Positions 1 through 10,170 of a stretch of 64,000 nt of DNA are shown piece after piece; the first letter of the stretch is position 1, and the number at the start of each line of letters is the position of its first letter. Location of the stretch: contig JANQLN010000010.1 in NCBI GenBank assembly GCA_028280575.1, positions 18,933 through 82,932 on the forward strand. Direction: 5' to 3'. The notes under the pieces are model-generated. The model was given only the letters and a program-made list of their open reading frames with translations, searched no databases and was not told the DNA's origin. The translations under genes and the position numbers were made by a program. The stretch is from Clostridia bacterium. GTDB taxonomy: Bacteria; Bacillota; Clostridia; Acetivibrionales; STF1-152.

Positions 1-743
1 TTTATATCCTTATAGCTTTTGTAGTCAAACCTTTGTCCGTCTATACCCGGCTTTATGTTCTTTATTTCACTGAAATCAGCCATATAAAGCCTTGCCTGTC
101 TCTGCCTGCATACTTTTTTTATAGTATTCTCAGCCAGATGTCCCTGGGGGTATAAAAGGACTCTTCCCTCTTGTTTAATTATACCGGCTTTTTCCCACGC
201 GATCCTGTCAAGCGTATCACCCAATATACGGGTATGGTCCATACTTATGGAGGTAATAACAGATAACAGCGATTTTTCGATAACATTTGTCGAATCAAGC
301 CTGCCGCCCAGACCAACCTCAAGCACTACCATATTACACTGTTCTTCATAAAAATACTTAAGCGCAATGGCAGTAATGATTTCAAATTCAGTGGGGTGCT
401 CCTCACCATTTCTGAGAATTTTATTTATTGATTTTTTAACTTCACAGGTCAAAGAGCCCAGCTTTTCTCCGGGTATATTTTTCCCGTTTATCCTGATCCG
501 TTCTTCAAACTTTTCAAGATACGGCGAAGTAAATATCCCAACCCTATAGCCTTCCTCCATAAGTATACTGCTTATGTAAGCTGCCGTTGAACCCTTACCA
601 TTGGTTCCGGCAATGTGAACAAAATCCAACTGCTTATGAGGGTCATCTAAAAGGTGCATCAGCCTTCTTATGTTTGAAAGCCCCAGTTTTTTTCCAAACT
701 TTCTTGTTCCGTGTATATAATCAATCGCTTCTTTTCTGTCCAT
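1..743 (-). CDS. folC: Folylpolyglutamate synthase / dihydrofolate synthase (Mur-ligase family); N-terminal ~247 codons only, C-terminus beyond window edge
   Basis: My own minus-strand translation from ATG at 743 gives MDRKEAIDYIHGTRKFGKKLGLSNIRRLMHLLDDPHKQLDFVHIAGTNGKGSTAAYISSILMEEGYRVGIFTSPYLEKFEERI... It has the Mur-ligase P-loop GTNGKGS and a FolC-like N-terminus. It is absent from the ORF track because it runs off the window. It starts 1 nt after the secA stop. Confidence 0.85.
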   Translation of the reverse strand, partial: MDRKEAIDYIHGTRKFGKKLGLSNIRRLMHLLDDPHKQLDFVHIAGTNGKGSTAAYISSILMEEGYRVGIFTSPYLEKFEERIRINGKNIPGEKLGSLTCEVKKSINKILRNGEEHPTEFEIITAIALKYFYEEQCNMVVLEVGLGGRLDSTNVIEKSLLSVITSISMDHTRILGDTLDRIAWEKAGIIKQEGRVLLYPQGHLAENTIKKVCRQRQARLYMADFSEIKNIKPGIDGQRFDYKSYKDI

Positions 744-744
744 C

Positions 745-3480
745 TTATTCATTTAATCCACAGCATTTTTTATACTTTTTACCGCTTCCGCACGGACAGG
801 GTGCATTTCTGCCTACTTTAATACCTTTAACAACTGTTTTTTTAACTCTTGCGTCACCATGAACCGCATTTACAGGCTCCGCAACTTTTTCTCTCTTAGG
901 AACATGCCTGCTGTCAATCCTGGATTTCAAAATAATTTTTACAGCCCCTTCACGAATGTTTTTAATCATATCTTCAAACATTTCAAATCCTTCAAATTTA
1001 TACTCTATAACAGGGTCTCTCTGGCCATAAGCCCTCATTCCTATACCATACCGGAGCTGGTCCATTGAATCTATATGGTCCATCCACTTTTCATCGACCA
1101 TCCTTAAAAGTACTACCCTCTCCAGTTCCCGCATGGCTTCCGGACTAAATTCCTTTTCCCTGTGCTCATATATCCCGGCAGCAATACGGCTGAAATCTTC
1201 CTTCAATTTATCCTTTGTAAGCCCTTCCATTTGTTCCTTTGTATATTCGAGTTCACCTTCGGGAAGAAAAATATTCTGGGCATAGCCGGTCATACCTTCC
1301 CAATCCCAGAAATCAGGGTGTGCTTCTTCTCCGGCAAACATATCTGCAATATTACCGGCAGTTTCAGTTATCATATTAATATAATGGTCACGAAGGTTTT
1401 CTCCATCCAGCACTTTCCTTCTTTGTGCATATATAACTTCCCTTTGTTTATTCATAACGTCATCATATTGCAGAACACGCTTCCTTATATCAAAGTTCTT
1501 GCTTTCAACCTTCCTCTGGGCATTTTCTATTGCATTTGAAAGCATTCTATGCTCAATTGGCTGGTCCTCTTCAAGTCCTAGTGCATTAACAACAGCAAGC
1601 ATTCTTTCACTGCTGAAAAGGCGCATTAAATCATCCTCCAGAGAAATATAAAATCTTGATGAGCCCGGATCTCCCTGCCTTCCCGAACGACCTCTCAACT
1701 GGTTGTCAATACGCCTTGATTCATGCCTTTCCGTACCTATAATATGCAGTCCTCCCACATCAACAACTGTCTTCCATTCATCCTGTATTTCTTCTTTGAA
1801 TTTTTCCTGGAGCTGTCTGAAAATTTTCCTGGCAGTAATGACTTCCTCATTTTCAGTGTCGTTGAAACCTGTTGCTTCAATTATTATTTCATTTGAATAA
1901 CCTTTTTTCCTCATTTCCTGCTTGGCAAGGAATTCTGCATTACCTCCAAGCATTATATCCGTTCCGCGGCCTGCCATATTTGTTGCTATGGTAACCGCAC
2001 CGACTTTACCTGCCTGGGCAATAATTTCAGCTTCTTTTTCATGGTATTTTGCATTAAGCACATTGTGTTTTATGCCTTTTTTCTTAAGCAGTGCACTTAG
2101 AAGTTCCGATCTTTCAATTGATATTGTACCTATTAGAACAGGCTGTCCCCTTTTATGACAATCTTCTATTTCATTTATTACAGACCTGAATTTCCCAACC
2201 TCATTCTTATATACAACATCAGGATTATCCTGCCTGATCATTGGCTTGTTTGTTGGAACAACTACAACATCAAGACTGTAAATTGTCCTGAATTCTTCTT
2301 CCTCAGTAAGCGCTGTTCCGGTCATACCCGCAAGCTTTGTATACATCCTGAAATAATTCTGGAAAGTTATTGTGGCAAGTGTTTTGCTTTCTCGCTCAAC
2401 CTTTACACCTTCCTTGGCCTCAATAGCCTGGTGAAGTCCGTCACTATATCTTCTCCCGTACATCATCCTTCCGGTAAACTCATCAACAATAATTACTTCG
2501 CCGTCCTTAACCACATAATCCTTATCCCTTTTCATCAGGCCATGCGCTTTAAGTGACTGATTGACGTGGTGGGAAATTGTCAAATTGTCTGGATCTGAAA
2601 GATTTTCTATATTAAAATATCTCTCGGCCTTCTCCACGCCCCCTGCTGTGAGAGTGGCAGTATTAGCCTTTTCATCCACAATATAATCCACATTTTCCTC
2701 TTCACTGTGTACTTTGTCGTCAACTTCGGCATAAACCTTTTTCTTCAATGCCCTTGTAAATGCATTGGCCTGTCCGTAAAGCTCCGTTGATTTATCTCCG
2801 GCACCCGATATTATAAGAGGTGTCCTTGCCTCATCAATAAGGATACTGTCAACCTCGTCAACTATTGCATAATTGAGATCTCTCTGAACCATTTCATGCT
2901 TGTAAATAACCATATTGTCCCTGAGGTAATCAAATCCATATTCATTATTTGTTCCATAGGTTATGTCACATGCATATGCCTTCCTTCTTTCTTCATTCTT
3001 CATGCCGTGGACTATAACCCCCACTGAAAGTCCAAGAAAATTGTAAATCTTGCCCATAAGCTCACCCTGGTATGATGCCAGGTAGTCGTTAACGGTTACA
3101 AGATGTGCACCTTTTCCCTCAAGGGCATTAAGGTATAGCGGAAGGGTTGCGGAAAGAGTTTTTCCCTCACCTGTTTTCATTTCTGCAATACGTCCCTGGT
3201 GGAGTACAATACCACCAATCAACTGCACCTTAAAAGCCCTTTGGCCCAGTACCCTTTTTCCTGCTTCTCTCACTACGGCAAAGGCTTCCGGCAAAATATC
3301 ATCAAGAGTTTCTCCTTCCGACAGCCTCTTTTTAAACTCCTCTGTCTTTGCCTTTAACTGCAAATCCGAAAATTTTTCATATTCAGTCTCCAGATTTTCT
3401 ATTTCTTCAACAACAGGTTCAAGTCTTTTTAGCTCCTTGTCACTGTAGTTACCAAATATTTTTTCTATAAATTTCCTCAT
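745..3480 (-). CDS. secA: Preprotein translocase ATPase SecA
   Basis: 911-aa ORF with SecA hallmarks: MKTGEGKTL Walker [30 protein letters not shown], and the C-terminal zinc motif [25 protein letters not shown] lies upstream of the ATG at 3480. Confidence 0.98.
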   Translation of the reverse strand: MRKFIEKIFGNYSDKELKRLEPVVEEIENLETEYEKFSDLQLKAKTEEFKKRLSEGETLDDILPEAFAVVREAGKRVLGQRAFKVQLIGGIVLHQGRIAEMKTGEGKTLSATLPLYLNALEGKGAHLVTVNDYLASYQGELMGKIYNFLGLSVGVIVHGMKNEERRKAYACDITYGTNNEYGFDYLRDNMVIYKHEMVQRDLNYAIVDEVDSILIDEARTPLIISGAGDKSTELYGQANAFTRALKKKVYAEVDDKVHSEEENVDYIVDEKANTATLTAGGVEKAERYFNIENLSDPDNLTISHHVNQSLKAHGLMKRDKDYVVKDGEVIIVDEFTGRMMYGRRYSDGLHQAIEAKEGVKVERESKTLATITFQNYFRMYTKLAGMTGTALTEEEEFRTIYSLDVVVVPTNKPMIRQDNPDVVYKNEVGKFRSVINEIEDCHKRGQPVLIGTISIERSELLSALLKKKGIKHNVLNAKYHEKEAEIIAQAGKVGAVTIATNMAGRGTDIMLGGNAEFLAKQEMRKKGYSNEIIIEATGFNDTENEEVITARKIFRQLQEKFKEEIQDEWKTVVDVGGLHIIGTERHESRRIDNQLRGRSGRQGDPGSSRFYISLEDDLMRLFSSERMLAVVNALGLEEDQPIEHRMLSNAIENAQRKVESKNFDIRKRVLQYDDVMNKQREVIYAQRRKVLDGENLRDHYINMITETAGNIADMFAGEEAHPDFWDWEGMTGYAQNIFLPEGELEYTKEQMEGLTKDKLKEDFSRIAAGIYEHREKEFSPEAMRELERVVLLRMVDEKWMDHIDSMDQLRYGIGMRAYGQRDPVIEYKFEGFEMFEDMIKNIREGAVKIILKSRIDSRHVPKREKVAEPVNAVHGDARVKKTVVKGIKVGRNAPCPCGSGKKYKKCCGLNE

Positions 3481-3515
3481 ATTAATATCCTCTTTTCATA
3501 TATATTTCTGTAAGG

Positions 3516-3581
3516 AACAATGGCTTAACGATGGTTAAACAATTGTTCAACCATTGTTTAACTATTGCTCAGCTATTGTTA
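3516..3581. repeat. Six tandem 11-bp units, degenerate copies of the palindrome AACAATTGTT
   Basis: Read directly on the + strand: AACAATGGCTT AACGATGGTTA AACAATTGTTC AACCATTGTTT AACTATTGCTC AGCTATTGTTA. The array spans the last codons and stop of the 3569..4114 gene and most of the 88-nt gap before secA. It contains a perfect 10-bp inverted repeat, GTTAAACAAT (3534..3543) / ATTGTTTAAC (3553..3562). Confidence 0.85.
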
Positions 3582-4114
3582 CCCTGCCTTAATCCTTTAC
3601 CTTTTATTATTTCAATAATAACAACGCACAATCCTATAACGATTACAATATCTCCTATGCTTACTATTTTATTAAAAAAACCAAGGAACCCAGGAGGATA
3701 TATATAATCTCCCAAAAATCCAAGGAGTGTATTTTCATCCGCAGCTATATGCCTTGCACCAATTATCATTCCCGGTTTATAGGCGCTGTTAAGAAAAACG
3801 GGCATTTTACCGTTATTCGGCAGCATAACAAGGGTATTTGACAAAAACCCGAGCCAAATTATTATTATACCTTTGAATTTTCTATTGTGCCATACTCCCA
3901 GGGAAATTAATAAAAATGTAACAATCAGTATTATAAGTGAGTAATCATTAAAAGCAGCTCTGTTTTTAGCAAGCACCGCAAATATCGATTGAATTACAAA
4001 GGCCATTAATATTATCACGGGCTTTCTTATCTCAAAACCTAATAAATTTTTGATTTTTCCACCTGTAATCAACCCAACTAAAATTCCTGCGGCAATTCCA
4101 ATCAAATAAAGCAT
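3569..4114 (-). CDS. Small polytopic membrane protein of unknown function (possibly DUF5317-like)
   Basis: 181-aa ORF made almost entirely of hydrophobic helices (MLYLIGIAAGILVGLITGG..., IIILMAFVIQSIFAVLA...). The start abuts the yerC stop and AGAGGG lies upstream. The family name is from memory only. Confidence 0.7.
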   Translation of the reverse strand: MLYLIGIAAGILVGLITGGKIKNLLGFEIRKPVIILMAFVIQSIFAVLAKNRAAFNDYSLIILIVTFLLISLGVWHNRKFKGIIIIWLGFLSNTLVMLPNNGKMPVFLNSAYKPGMIIGARHIAADENTLLGFLGDYIYPPGFLGFFNKIVSIGDIVIVIGLCVVIIEIIKGKGLRQGNNS

Positions 4115-4417
4115 TTATTTACCCTCTTTTTGTTTCTCAAGCCGTTCCAGCATGACTCTGTAACCGTCAGCACCATAATTTAAACACCTGTTAACCCTGC
4201 TTATTGTAGCCGTACTTGCTCCTGTCTTCTCACTTATTTCACCGTATTTTTCCTTATTTTTTAGCATCATTGCTACTTTAAGCCTTTGCGCCATTGCTTT
4301 TATTTCTGAAACAGTACAAATATCTTCAAAAAAATTATAACACTCTTCAATGTTGTCAAGCAACAGTACGGCTTTAAAAAGCAGGTCCACATGATGATCC
4401 TTTATTTTTTCATTCAT
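4115..4417 (-). CDS. yerC: YerC/YecD-family TrpR-like DNA-binding protein
   Basis: 100 aa. The sequence DLLFKAVLLL...EECYNFFEDICTVSEIKAMAQRLKVAMML...YGEISEKTGASTATISRVNRCLNYG is the typical YerC/YecD pattern. RBS GAGAGGAG lies upstream. Confidence 0.85.
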   Translation of the reverse strand: MNEKIKDHHVDLLFKAVLLLDNIEECYNFFEDICTVSEIKAMAQRLKVAMMLKNKEKYGEISEKTGASTATISRVNRCLNYGADGYRVMLERLEKQKEGK

Positions 4418-4470
4418 GTCCGGCAGCAGCTCCTCTCAAGGCTTTTTAACAATCATCCTTTTATAGGGCT

Positions 4471-4499
4471 ATTTTAATTTAAATCCTTTCCAAAGTCAA
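4471..4499 (-). promoter_or_regulatory. Putative sigma-A promoter of yerC operon
   Basis: The minus strand reads TTGACT (4499..4494), a 17-nt spacer, then TAAAAT (4476..4471), about 55 nt upstream of the yerC ATG. Consensus match only. Confidence 0.5.
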
Positions 4500-4515
4500 A
4501 ATATTTCTATTGCAG

Positions 4516-4681
4516 GCATTTTGCTTATGTTGTGATTTTTTAAACGGAGAATACTAAATTCAGCAGCATAAACAACAAGTATATATAACATATAAGTATT
4601 TTCACTGCCTGAAACTAAACTGCTTTATGCACATGTTCACTCAAAAGGAGTCCTATTTAAAAAAAACATAAGCAAAATGCT
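4516..4681. repeat. Perfect 16-bp inverted repeat pair flanking a ~134-bp AT-rich segment
   Basis: GCATTTTGCTTATGTT at 4516..4531 and its exact reverse complement AACATAAGCAAAATGC at 4666..4681. An inner partial inverted repeat, GCATAAA/TTTATGC, lies around 4567 and 4625. The element is intergenic, between the glycosyltransferase gene and the yerC promoter. Confidence 0.8.
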
Positions 4682-4698
4682 CGTTAAAGGACTCCTTA
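4640..4698 (-). terminator. Candidate terminator hairpin downstream of the glycosyltransferase gene
   Basis: AAGGAGTCCT (4646..4655) pairs with AGGACTCCTT (4689..4698). On the minus strand the 10-bp stem is followed by TTTTGAG. The loop is long (33 nt) and contains the right copy of the 16-bp inverted repeat, so the call is only moderate. Confidence 0.45.
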
Positions 4699-4717
4699 TA
4701 TAAATTACCTTTTACAG

Positions 4718-5887
4718 TCATTCTTCTTCAGCTATATCGGCTGCAATATCTACACCCTCTATGAATCCGCCCTTTTTAAGCTCATATCTTACTCCTCTCC
4801 ATGTAACATTCTGCTTTTTAAAGGCACAAACCAGAAAAAAGGTCCCGAACAAATCAAATATCAATGGGATAGTAAAATCTATGGGCTTTATTTTATTTAA
4901 TGTAACCACTCTTTGCATAAGACCATAAATTACTCTTAAGCAGATATAAAAAAACGACAGGTAAATAAGCCTTTCGTCCGCAGCAAGCATCGCCCAGATA
5001 AAAAGTCCCCAGTACCAGAAAAGCATAATTACAAATGCGGGAAGCTCAATGGCAATATGAGCTTTAACACCTGTGGCAATCCTTTTTGCATAGTTTATGG
5101 ACTTCTCTTTTTTAAGCTTTCCTACATGACACTCAACAAATGGACCTAATACTATTTTATAGCCCATTTTAAACAATTTGTTTCCCAGGTGTAAATCTTC
5201 CAGCAGTGAATTGCCATATGATTCCAGTCCGCCGACTTCAATAATAAGCTGCTTTCTCATTCCAAATGCAGCACCGGTCATTCCCAAATCCAGACCAAGC
5301 TTTGTAAAAAAAGCCCATATAAAATCAGTTTCACTATTTTGGACAAATGTAAAAAACCTTGTCCAAAAATTGCTTCCTCCAATATTAATCTGGCCGCAAG
5401 TAGTAACTCCAACTTTTCTATCCTTTAAAGGCCTTATCATTTTTACTACAAAATCAGATTTTACTCTAGTATCGCTATCTCCAAATAAAAGCATTTCATA
5501 TTTAGCTTTTTTTATCCCGTTAACCATATTGGAGCTTTTTCCATTTAAGCCATCCATCACAGGATTTACTATGATTTCAACATCTTTTTGGGGATATTTG
5601 TCAATCATCTTTTTTATAACCTTTATAGCAGGGTCTTTTCCGTCTTGAAAACTAAAGATATGCTGAATATCTCCACTATACTCCTGGTTAATCCAGCTCT
5701 CTACATTCTTTTCATATTCGTAATCCAGGTCCTTTACAGGATGTATTATGGTTACAGGACAATCAATATCTTCTTTACTTGTGCTTAAGAGTTTATTTGA
5801 CCACAACAGGTGCAGCTTTACAAATAAAAGCTGGGAGGTCCAAAGCAAAAAGAACATTACCCCTATCAAAATAAATATATAAAACAT
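4718..5887 (-). CDS. Membrane glycosyltransferase, GT2 superfamily (ceramide-glucosyltransferase/HpnI-like, GT21-like)
   Basis: 389 aa with an N-terminal TM helix, a cytoplasmic GT-A region carrying a DSD (DxD-type) motif (LLFGDSDTRV), C-terminal TM helices, and a WRGVRY motif near the end. RBS AAAGGGGA. Confidence 0.75.
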   Translation of the reverse strand: MFYIFILIGVMFFLLWTSQLLFVKLHLLWSNKLLSTSKEDIDCPVTIIHPVKDLDYEYEKNVESWINQEYSGDIQHIFSFQDGKDPAIKVIKKMIDKYPQKDVEIIVNPVMDGLNGKSSNMVNGIKKAKYEMLLFGDSDTRVKSDFVVKMIRPLKDRKVGVTTCGQINIGGSNFWTRFFTFVQNSETDFIWAFFTKLGLDLGMTGAAFGMRKQLIIEVGGLESYGNSLLEDLHLGNKLFKMGYKIVLGPFVECHVGKLKKEKSINYAKRIATGVKAHIAIELPAFVIMLFWYWGLFIWAMLAADERLIYLSFFYICLRVIYGLMQRVVTLNKIKPIDFTIPLIFDLFGTFFLVCAFKKQNVTWRGVRYELKKGGFIEGVDIAADIAEEE

Positions 5888-5922
5888 AAATTATCCCCTT
5901 TATGTATGCTGTTTCTATTTAT

Positions 5923-5951
5923 ATTATATATCCTTGTACAGATTTATACAA
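5923..5951 (-). promoter_or_regulatory. Putative sigma-A promoter of the glycosyltransferase gene
   Basis: The minus strand reads TTGTAT (5951..5946), a 17-nt spacer, then TATAAT (5928..5923). Consensus match only. Confidence 0.45.
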
Positions 5952-6007
5952 CTTACAATGAATAATTCTAAAAAAAATTACAGAGTTACATGCAAAAATC
6001 CAATTAA

Positions 6008-7366
6008 TTAATTCCTCAAGCTCCCAAGCGGTGCCGGAATTCTCCCTCCCCTATCAATAAACCTGCTGCTGGACGCACTATTTATCTTCATAACCGGTGA
6101 CGAACCGAGCAGTCCTCCGAATTCAACATAATCACCTTCTTTTTTTCCAGGAGCCGGTATGATTCTAACTGCAGTAGTCTTATTGTTTACGACACCAATG
6201 GCCGCTTCATCTGCAATTATTGCAGAAATGGTTTGTGCACTGGTATTTCCGGGAACTACAATCATATCCAGCCCAACCGAACACACACAAGTCATTGCTT
6301 CCAGTTTGTCCAATGTTAAAAAACCATTATTGACGGCATAAATCATACCTTCGTCCTCACTGACCGGAATAAATGAGCCGCTTAAACCGCCTACATGGGA
6401 TGATGCCATTGTGCCCCCCTTCTTGACAGCATCATTAAGTACTGCCAGTGCAGCCGTTGTACCATGTGTACCGCATACTTCAAGGCCCATCTCCTCAAGT
6501 ATCCTGGCAACACTGTCTCCAACCGCCGGGGTCGGAGCAAGGGATAAATCTACAATGCCAAAAGGTACGTTTAACCTCCTGGAAGCTTCCAGTGCAACTA
6601 ACTGCCCCATTCTTGTTATTTTAAAAGCCGTTTTCTTGATAGTCTCCGCAACAGTTCCCAAATCTGCACCTTTTACCTTTTGAAGAGCAGACTTTACGGC
6701 TCCCGGTCCGCTTACACCTACATTAATCACTGTTTCAGGTTCTCCGATACCATGGTATGCCCCTGCCATAAAAGGATTATCTTCGGGCGCATTGGCAAAA
6801 ACAACAAGCTTTGCACAAGCTATTCCATTCTGATTTTCCGTAAGCTTCGCACATTTTTTAATGACAGTCCCCATCTCTTTTACCGCATCCATATTTATGC
6901 CGGCCTTTGTAGTCCCAATATTTATGGAGGAACATACTCTGCCGGTGGTGCTTAATGCCTCCGGTACGGAATTTATTAATGCTCTGTCCCCTTTTGTAAA
7001 TCCTTTATGTACAAGGGCGGAAAATCCACCTATAAAATTCACTCCAACCACGGAAGCAGCCTTATCCATCGTTTGGGCAAACAATGTGTAATTGTCAGTA
7101 TTGCCACACTCGGCAATGATGGAAATTGGAGTTACGGAAATTCTTTTATTTATTATAGGTATTCCATACTCCTTCTGAATAGCTTCACCTGTTTTAACAA
7201 GCTTCTCAGCTTTATTAACAATTTTTTCATATATTTTCCTGCAAGCCTTGTCCGTATCAGGGTCACAGCAATCCCTGAGTGAAATACCCATGGTTATGGT
7301 TCTTATATCCAGATTTTCCTCCTGGATCATTCTAATGGTTTCAACAACCTCAAATGGTGTAATCAT
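6008..7366 (-). CDS. UPF0210 / PFL-like DUF711 family protein
   Basis: 452 aa. The N-terminus [30 protein letters not shown] is typical of the UPF0210 family, and the gene sits in the conserved pairing with the upstream ACT (UPF0237) gene. Confidence 0.85.
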   Translation of the reverse strand: MITPFEVVETIRMIQEENLDIRTITMGISLRDCCDPDTDKACRKIYEKIVNKAEKLVKTGEAIQKEYGIPIINKRISVTPISIIAECGNTDNYTLFAQTMDKAASVVGVNFIGGFSALVHKGFTKGDRALINSVPEALSTTGRVCSSINIGTTKAGINMDAVKEMGTVIKKCAKLTENQNGIACAKLVVFANAPEDNPFMAGAYHGIGEPETVINVGVSGPGAVKSALQKVKGADLGTVAETIKKTAFKITRMGQLVALEASRRLNVPFGIVDLSLAPTPAVGDSVARILEEMGLEVCGTHGTTAALAVLNDAVKKGGTMASSHVGGLSGSFIPVSEDEGMIYAVNNGFLTLDKLEAMTCVCSVGLDMIVVPGNTSAQTISAIIADEAAIGVVNNKTTAVRIIPAPGKKEGDYVEFGGLLGSSPVMKINSASSSRFIDRGGRIPAPLGSLRN

Positions 7367-7474
7367 ATAAAATCCTCCGCTCTAAAAGCAGAAAACAGAT
7401 TGTCCGAAATATGATTTTGCTTCGTACACCTTAATATCTGTTCTCTAACCTGAAGCTTGACTGCTTTCTATTTT

Positions 7475-7744
7475 CTAAATCCTATGCATTGAATTGAAAA
7501 TATCCTCATGCTGAAGTGTAACCTTCATAGCAATTTCTTCACCCTTTTTTTCCAGCTTCTTTGATAAAACTTCAAAGCTTTCCTTGTTCTTGGAAATATC
7601 AGTCAGCATGACCATAGTAAAAATATCCTGCATAATAGTTTGATTAATATCCAGGATATTTACATTAGATTCTGCCAGTATACTGCTTATGGCTGCAATT
7701 ATACCAATCCTGTCCTTTCCGATGACTGTCAAAACCGCTCTCAT
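7475..7744 (-). CDS. ACT domain protein (UPF0237 family)
   Basis: The track ORF runs 7475..7807. I place the start at the internal ATG at 7744 (MRAVLTVIGKDRIGIIAAISSILAESNVNILDINQTIM...) because CGGAGG lies 6 nt upstream. That gives the usual ~89-aa ACT protein. Confidence 0.85.
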   Translation of the reverse strand: MRAVLTVIGKDRIGIIAAISSILAESNVNILDINQTIMQDIFTMVMLTDISKNKESFEVLSKKLEKKGEEIAMKVTLQHEDIFNSMHRI

Positions 7745-7796
7745 AATAAACCTCCGTTTTACCATAACAAAATGTACCTTTATAAGCATCATCTTT

Positions 7797-7822
7797 AAAA
7801 AGGGCATTTTGAATGCCCTTTT
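7797..7822 (-). terminator. Intrinsic terminator after dapL (palindromic, could act in both directions)
   Basis: AAAAGGGCATT ttg AATGCCCTTTT forms a GC-cored 11-bp stem flanked by A-run and T-run. On the minus strand it is followed by TTTTTAAAG. Confidence 0.75.
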
Positions 7823-7897
7823 CCAAATATAACCATTTTAGTTTTACATGTTACAGACCACTAGTGGTCAGTTCTTTGGCTCTATGTTCTCAGCTTT

Positions 7898-9133
7898 TTA
7901 TTCAAGATTTAACTTTGTCCTGAATCTTTCTACGGCTTCCTCAGTATTTTCCCTGTTACCAAAAGCGGTAAGCCTGAAATATCCCTGCCCGCTTGGACCA
8001 AAACCTACACCCGGTGTCCCGACAAGGTGCGCTTCACCAAGCAGCTTATCAAAAAATTCCCATGAATCAAGGCCGTTAGGTGTTTTAAGCCATATATAAG
8101 GCGCGTTGACTCCTCCAAAAACTTTAATTCCGATATTTTCCAGACCCTGTCGTATAATTTTTGCATTGGTCATATAATAATCAATTATTTCATTTATCTG
8201 CTTTTGCCCCTGGTCTGAAAATACGGCCTCTGCAGCTCTTTGTATAACATATGCAACACCATTGAACTTTGTACTGTGTCTCCTGTTCCAGAGATTGTTA
8301 AGCGGATGGGCTTCCCCTTCAATTGTATAAGCCATTACGTCTTTGGGTATCACAGTGTATGCACACCTGGTACCGGTGAAGGCTGCGTTTTTTGAGAAGC
8401 TTCTGAATTCTATTGCAACTTTCCTTGCCCCTTCAATTTCATATATGCTGTGAGGTATGCCGTCTTCACGTATATATGCTTCATAAGCCGCATCGTACAG
8501 GATAACCGATTTTTCTTCTATTGCATAATCAACCCATTTTTTAAGCTGCTCCCTGCTAAGGGTCATGCCTGTAGGATTATTGGGATAGCAAAAATATATC
8601 ATATCCGCCCTTTCGGAAGGAAGTTCCGGTACAAAATTGTTTTCAGCGTTACAGGAAAGGTAAATAATGTTTTCGTATCTGCCGTCCTTATTTACACCAG
8701 TCCTTCCGGCCATTACATTTGTGTCAATATAAACCGGATATACAGGATCTGTCACCGCAACCCTGTTGTCTGTTCCAAATATTTCCTGAATGTTCCCGGT
8801 ATCACATTTGGAACCGTCACTTATGAATATTTCATCAGCACTTATATTTAATCCTTTTGATTTATATTCAAATTCCACTATTTTGTCTCTTAAAAAATCA
8901 TATCCCTGTTCCGGTCCATATCCCCTGAATGACTCAGCCTTTGCCATTTCATCGACTGCTTTGTGCATAGCGCCTACAGTAGCATCCGCAAGAGGCCTGG
9001 TTACATCACCAATACCCAATTTTATAATATTTGCTTCAGGCTTGCTGTTTTTAAATTTCTCTACTCTTCTTGCAATTTCTGCAAACAGGTAATTACCCTT
9101 AAGCTTTAAGTAATTTTCATTAATTTTTACCAT
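7898..9133 (-). CDS. dapL: LL-diaminopimelate aminotransferase
   Basis: 411 aa. It has the DapL-type N-terminus [24 protein letters not shown]...[12 protein letters not shown] and the PLP-lysine motif [12 protein letters not shown]. It sits directly downstream of dapF. Confidence 0.9.
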   Translation of the reverse strand: MVKINENYLKLKGNYLFAEIARRVEKFKNSKPEANIIKLGIGDVTRPLADATVGAMHKAVDEMAKAESFRGYGPEQGYDFLRDKIVEFEYKSKGLNISADEIFISDGSKCDTGNIQEIFGTDNRVAVTDPVYPVYIDTNVMAGRTGVNKDGRYENIIYLSCNAENNFVPELPSERADMIYFCYPNNPTGMTLSREQLKKWVDYAIEEKSVILYDAAYEAYIREDGIPHSIYEIEGARKVAIEFRSFSKNAAFTGTRCAYTVIPKDVMAYTIEGEAHPLNNLWNRRHSTKFNGVAYVIQRAAEAVFSDQGQKQINEIIDYYMTNAKIIRQGLENIGIKVFGGVNAPYIWLKTPNGLDSWEFFDKLLGEAHLVGTPGVGFGPSGQGYFRLTAFGNRENTEEAVERFRTKLNLE

Positions 9134-9166
9134 CTATGTATATTCTCCTTTCAAATTGTCAGCTGC

Positions 9167-10000
9167 CTATATATCAATTTCCCCTGTAAATACTTTAACG
9201 GCAGGTCCAGTCATATATACCCTGTTATTATCCTTTTTCCATTCAATAATCAGGTCACCGCCCAGGAGCTTTACCATCGCCTTCCTTTCACACTTACCGT
9301 TCAGGACAGATGCTACAAGAGCCGCACATGCACCTGTACCACAAGCCATGGTTTCACCTGTTCCACGTTCCCAGACGCGCATTTGCAGGGTTTTTTCATC
9401 AATAACCTTTACAAATTCTGCATTTATCCTTCTGGGAAACAGCCTGTGGGTTTCAATTTTAGGCCCTACGGTTTCCAGCGGAAAATTATCAACTTCATCC
9501 ACATAAGCAACCGCATGGGGATTGCCCATTGATACGCCTGTTACCAGGTATTCTGTTCCTTCAATCTCCAAAGGCTGGGACACAAATCTGTCCATACTGC
9601 TGTTTATAGGAATATTCGACGGCTCAAGCACCGGTTCTCCCATATCAACCTCTACCTGCGAAACCATATCCCCTTTAACAGCCAGCTTTAATTCCTTGAT
9701 ACCGGCCAGGGTATCAATTCTTATAACCTGCCCATCAGTCATTTTTTCGTCATAAACGTATTTTCCAACACATCTGATTGCATTTCCGCACATTTCAGAT
9801 TCCGAACCGTCCGGATTGAACATTCTCATCTTAAAATCGGCTTTATCAGAAGGTAAAATCAAAACCAGTCCGTCGGAGCCAATGCCAAAATGTCTGTCGC
9901 TGACCTTTTTGGAAACCTCAGAAGGATTCTCTACTTTTTCTAAATAGCAATTTACATATATATAATCATTGCCAATACCGTGCATCTTGGTAAATTTCAA
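9167..10000 (-). CDS. dapF: Diaminopimelate epimerase
   Basis: Has the DapF pattern (M/L)[15 protein letters not shown] and both catalytic Cys contexts ([17 protein letters not shown]). The track start at 10006 is a TTG only 2 nt after GGGAGG. The next in-frame TTG at 10000 has 8-nt spacing and gives the canonical MKFTKMHG N-terminus. Confidence 0.9.
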   Translation of the reverse strand: MKFTKMHGIGNDYIYVNCYLEKVENPSEVSKKVSDRHFGIGSDGLVLILPSDKADFKMRMFNPDGSESEMCGNAIRCVGKYVYDEKMTDGQVIRIDTLAGIKELKLAVKGDMVSQVEVDMGEPVLEPSNIPINSSMDRFVSQPLEIEGTEYLVTGVSMGNPHAVAYVDEVDNFPLETVGPKIETHRLFPRRINAEFVKVIDEKTLQMRVWERGTGETMACGTGACAALVASVLNGKCERKAMVKLLGGDLIIEWKKDNNRVYMTGPAVKVFTGEIDI

Positions 10001-10070
10001 AAACAAAACCTCCCTGCCTCAGCTTTTTTCCATTATATTATAACATACCACATCAATGCTGCAAATAACG

Positions 10071-10103
10071 AAAAAAAAGGCCGGGAAGTTTCTACCCTCA
10101 GCC
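10071..10103 (-). terminator. Intrinsic terminator after gdh
   Basis: The minus strand reads GGCTGAGGG tagaaactt CCCGGCC followed by TTTTTTTT (the A-run at 10071..10078 on +). The stem is imperfect but GC-rich. Confidence 0.7.
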
Positions 10104-10170
10104 GTTTAATACTAATTTATTTTATTTAATGTAAAAACACGATTAAATGGAAAATTTAAATATTTGCAGT

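Noticed and set aside
3534-3562. Interpreting the central repeat unit (minus strand GAACAATTGTTT) as a LexA/SOS box (GAAC-N4-GTTC/T).
   Set aside because: Only one of the six units approaches that consensus, the context (secA) is not an SOS gene, and the 11-bp periodic array is not how LexA sites are organised. I kept it only as a remote possibility.
7856-7869. 14-bp perfect palindrome GACCACTAGTGGTC between the dapL stop and its terminator.
   Set aside because: It has no loop for an RNA hairpin, there is a single copy in the window, and there is no adjacent promoter. It may be a chance palindrome or a restriction/modification-type site, and I have insufficient evidence for any function.
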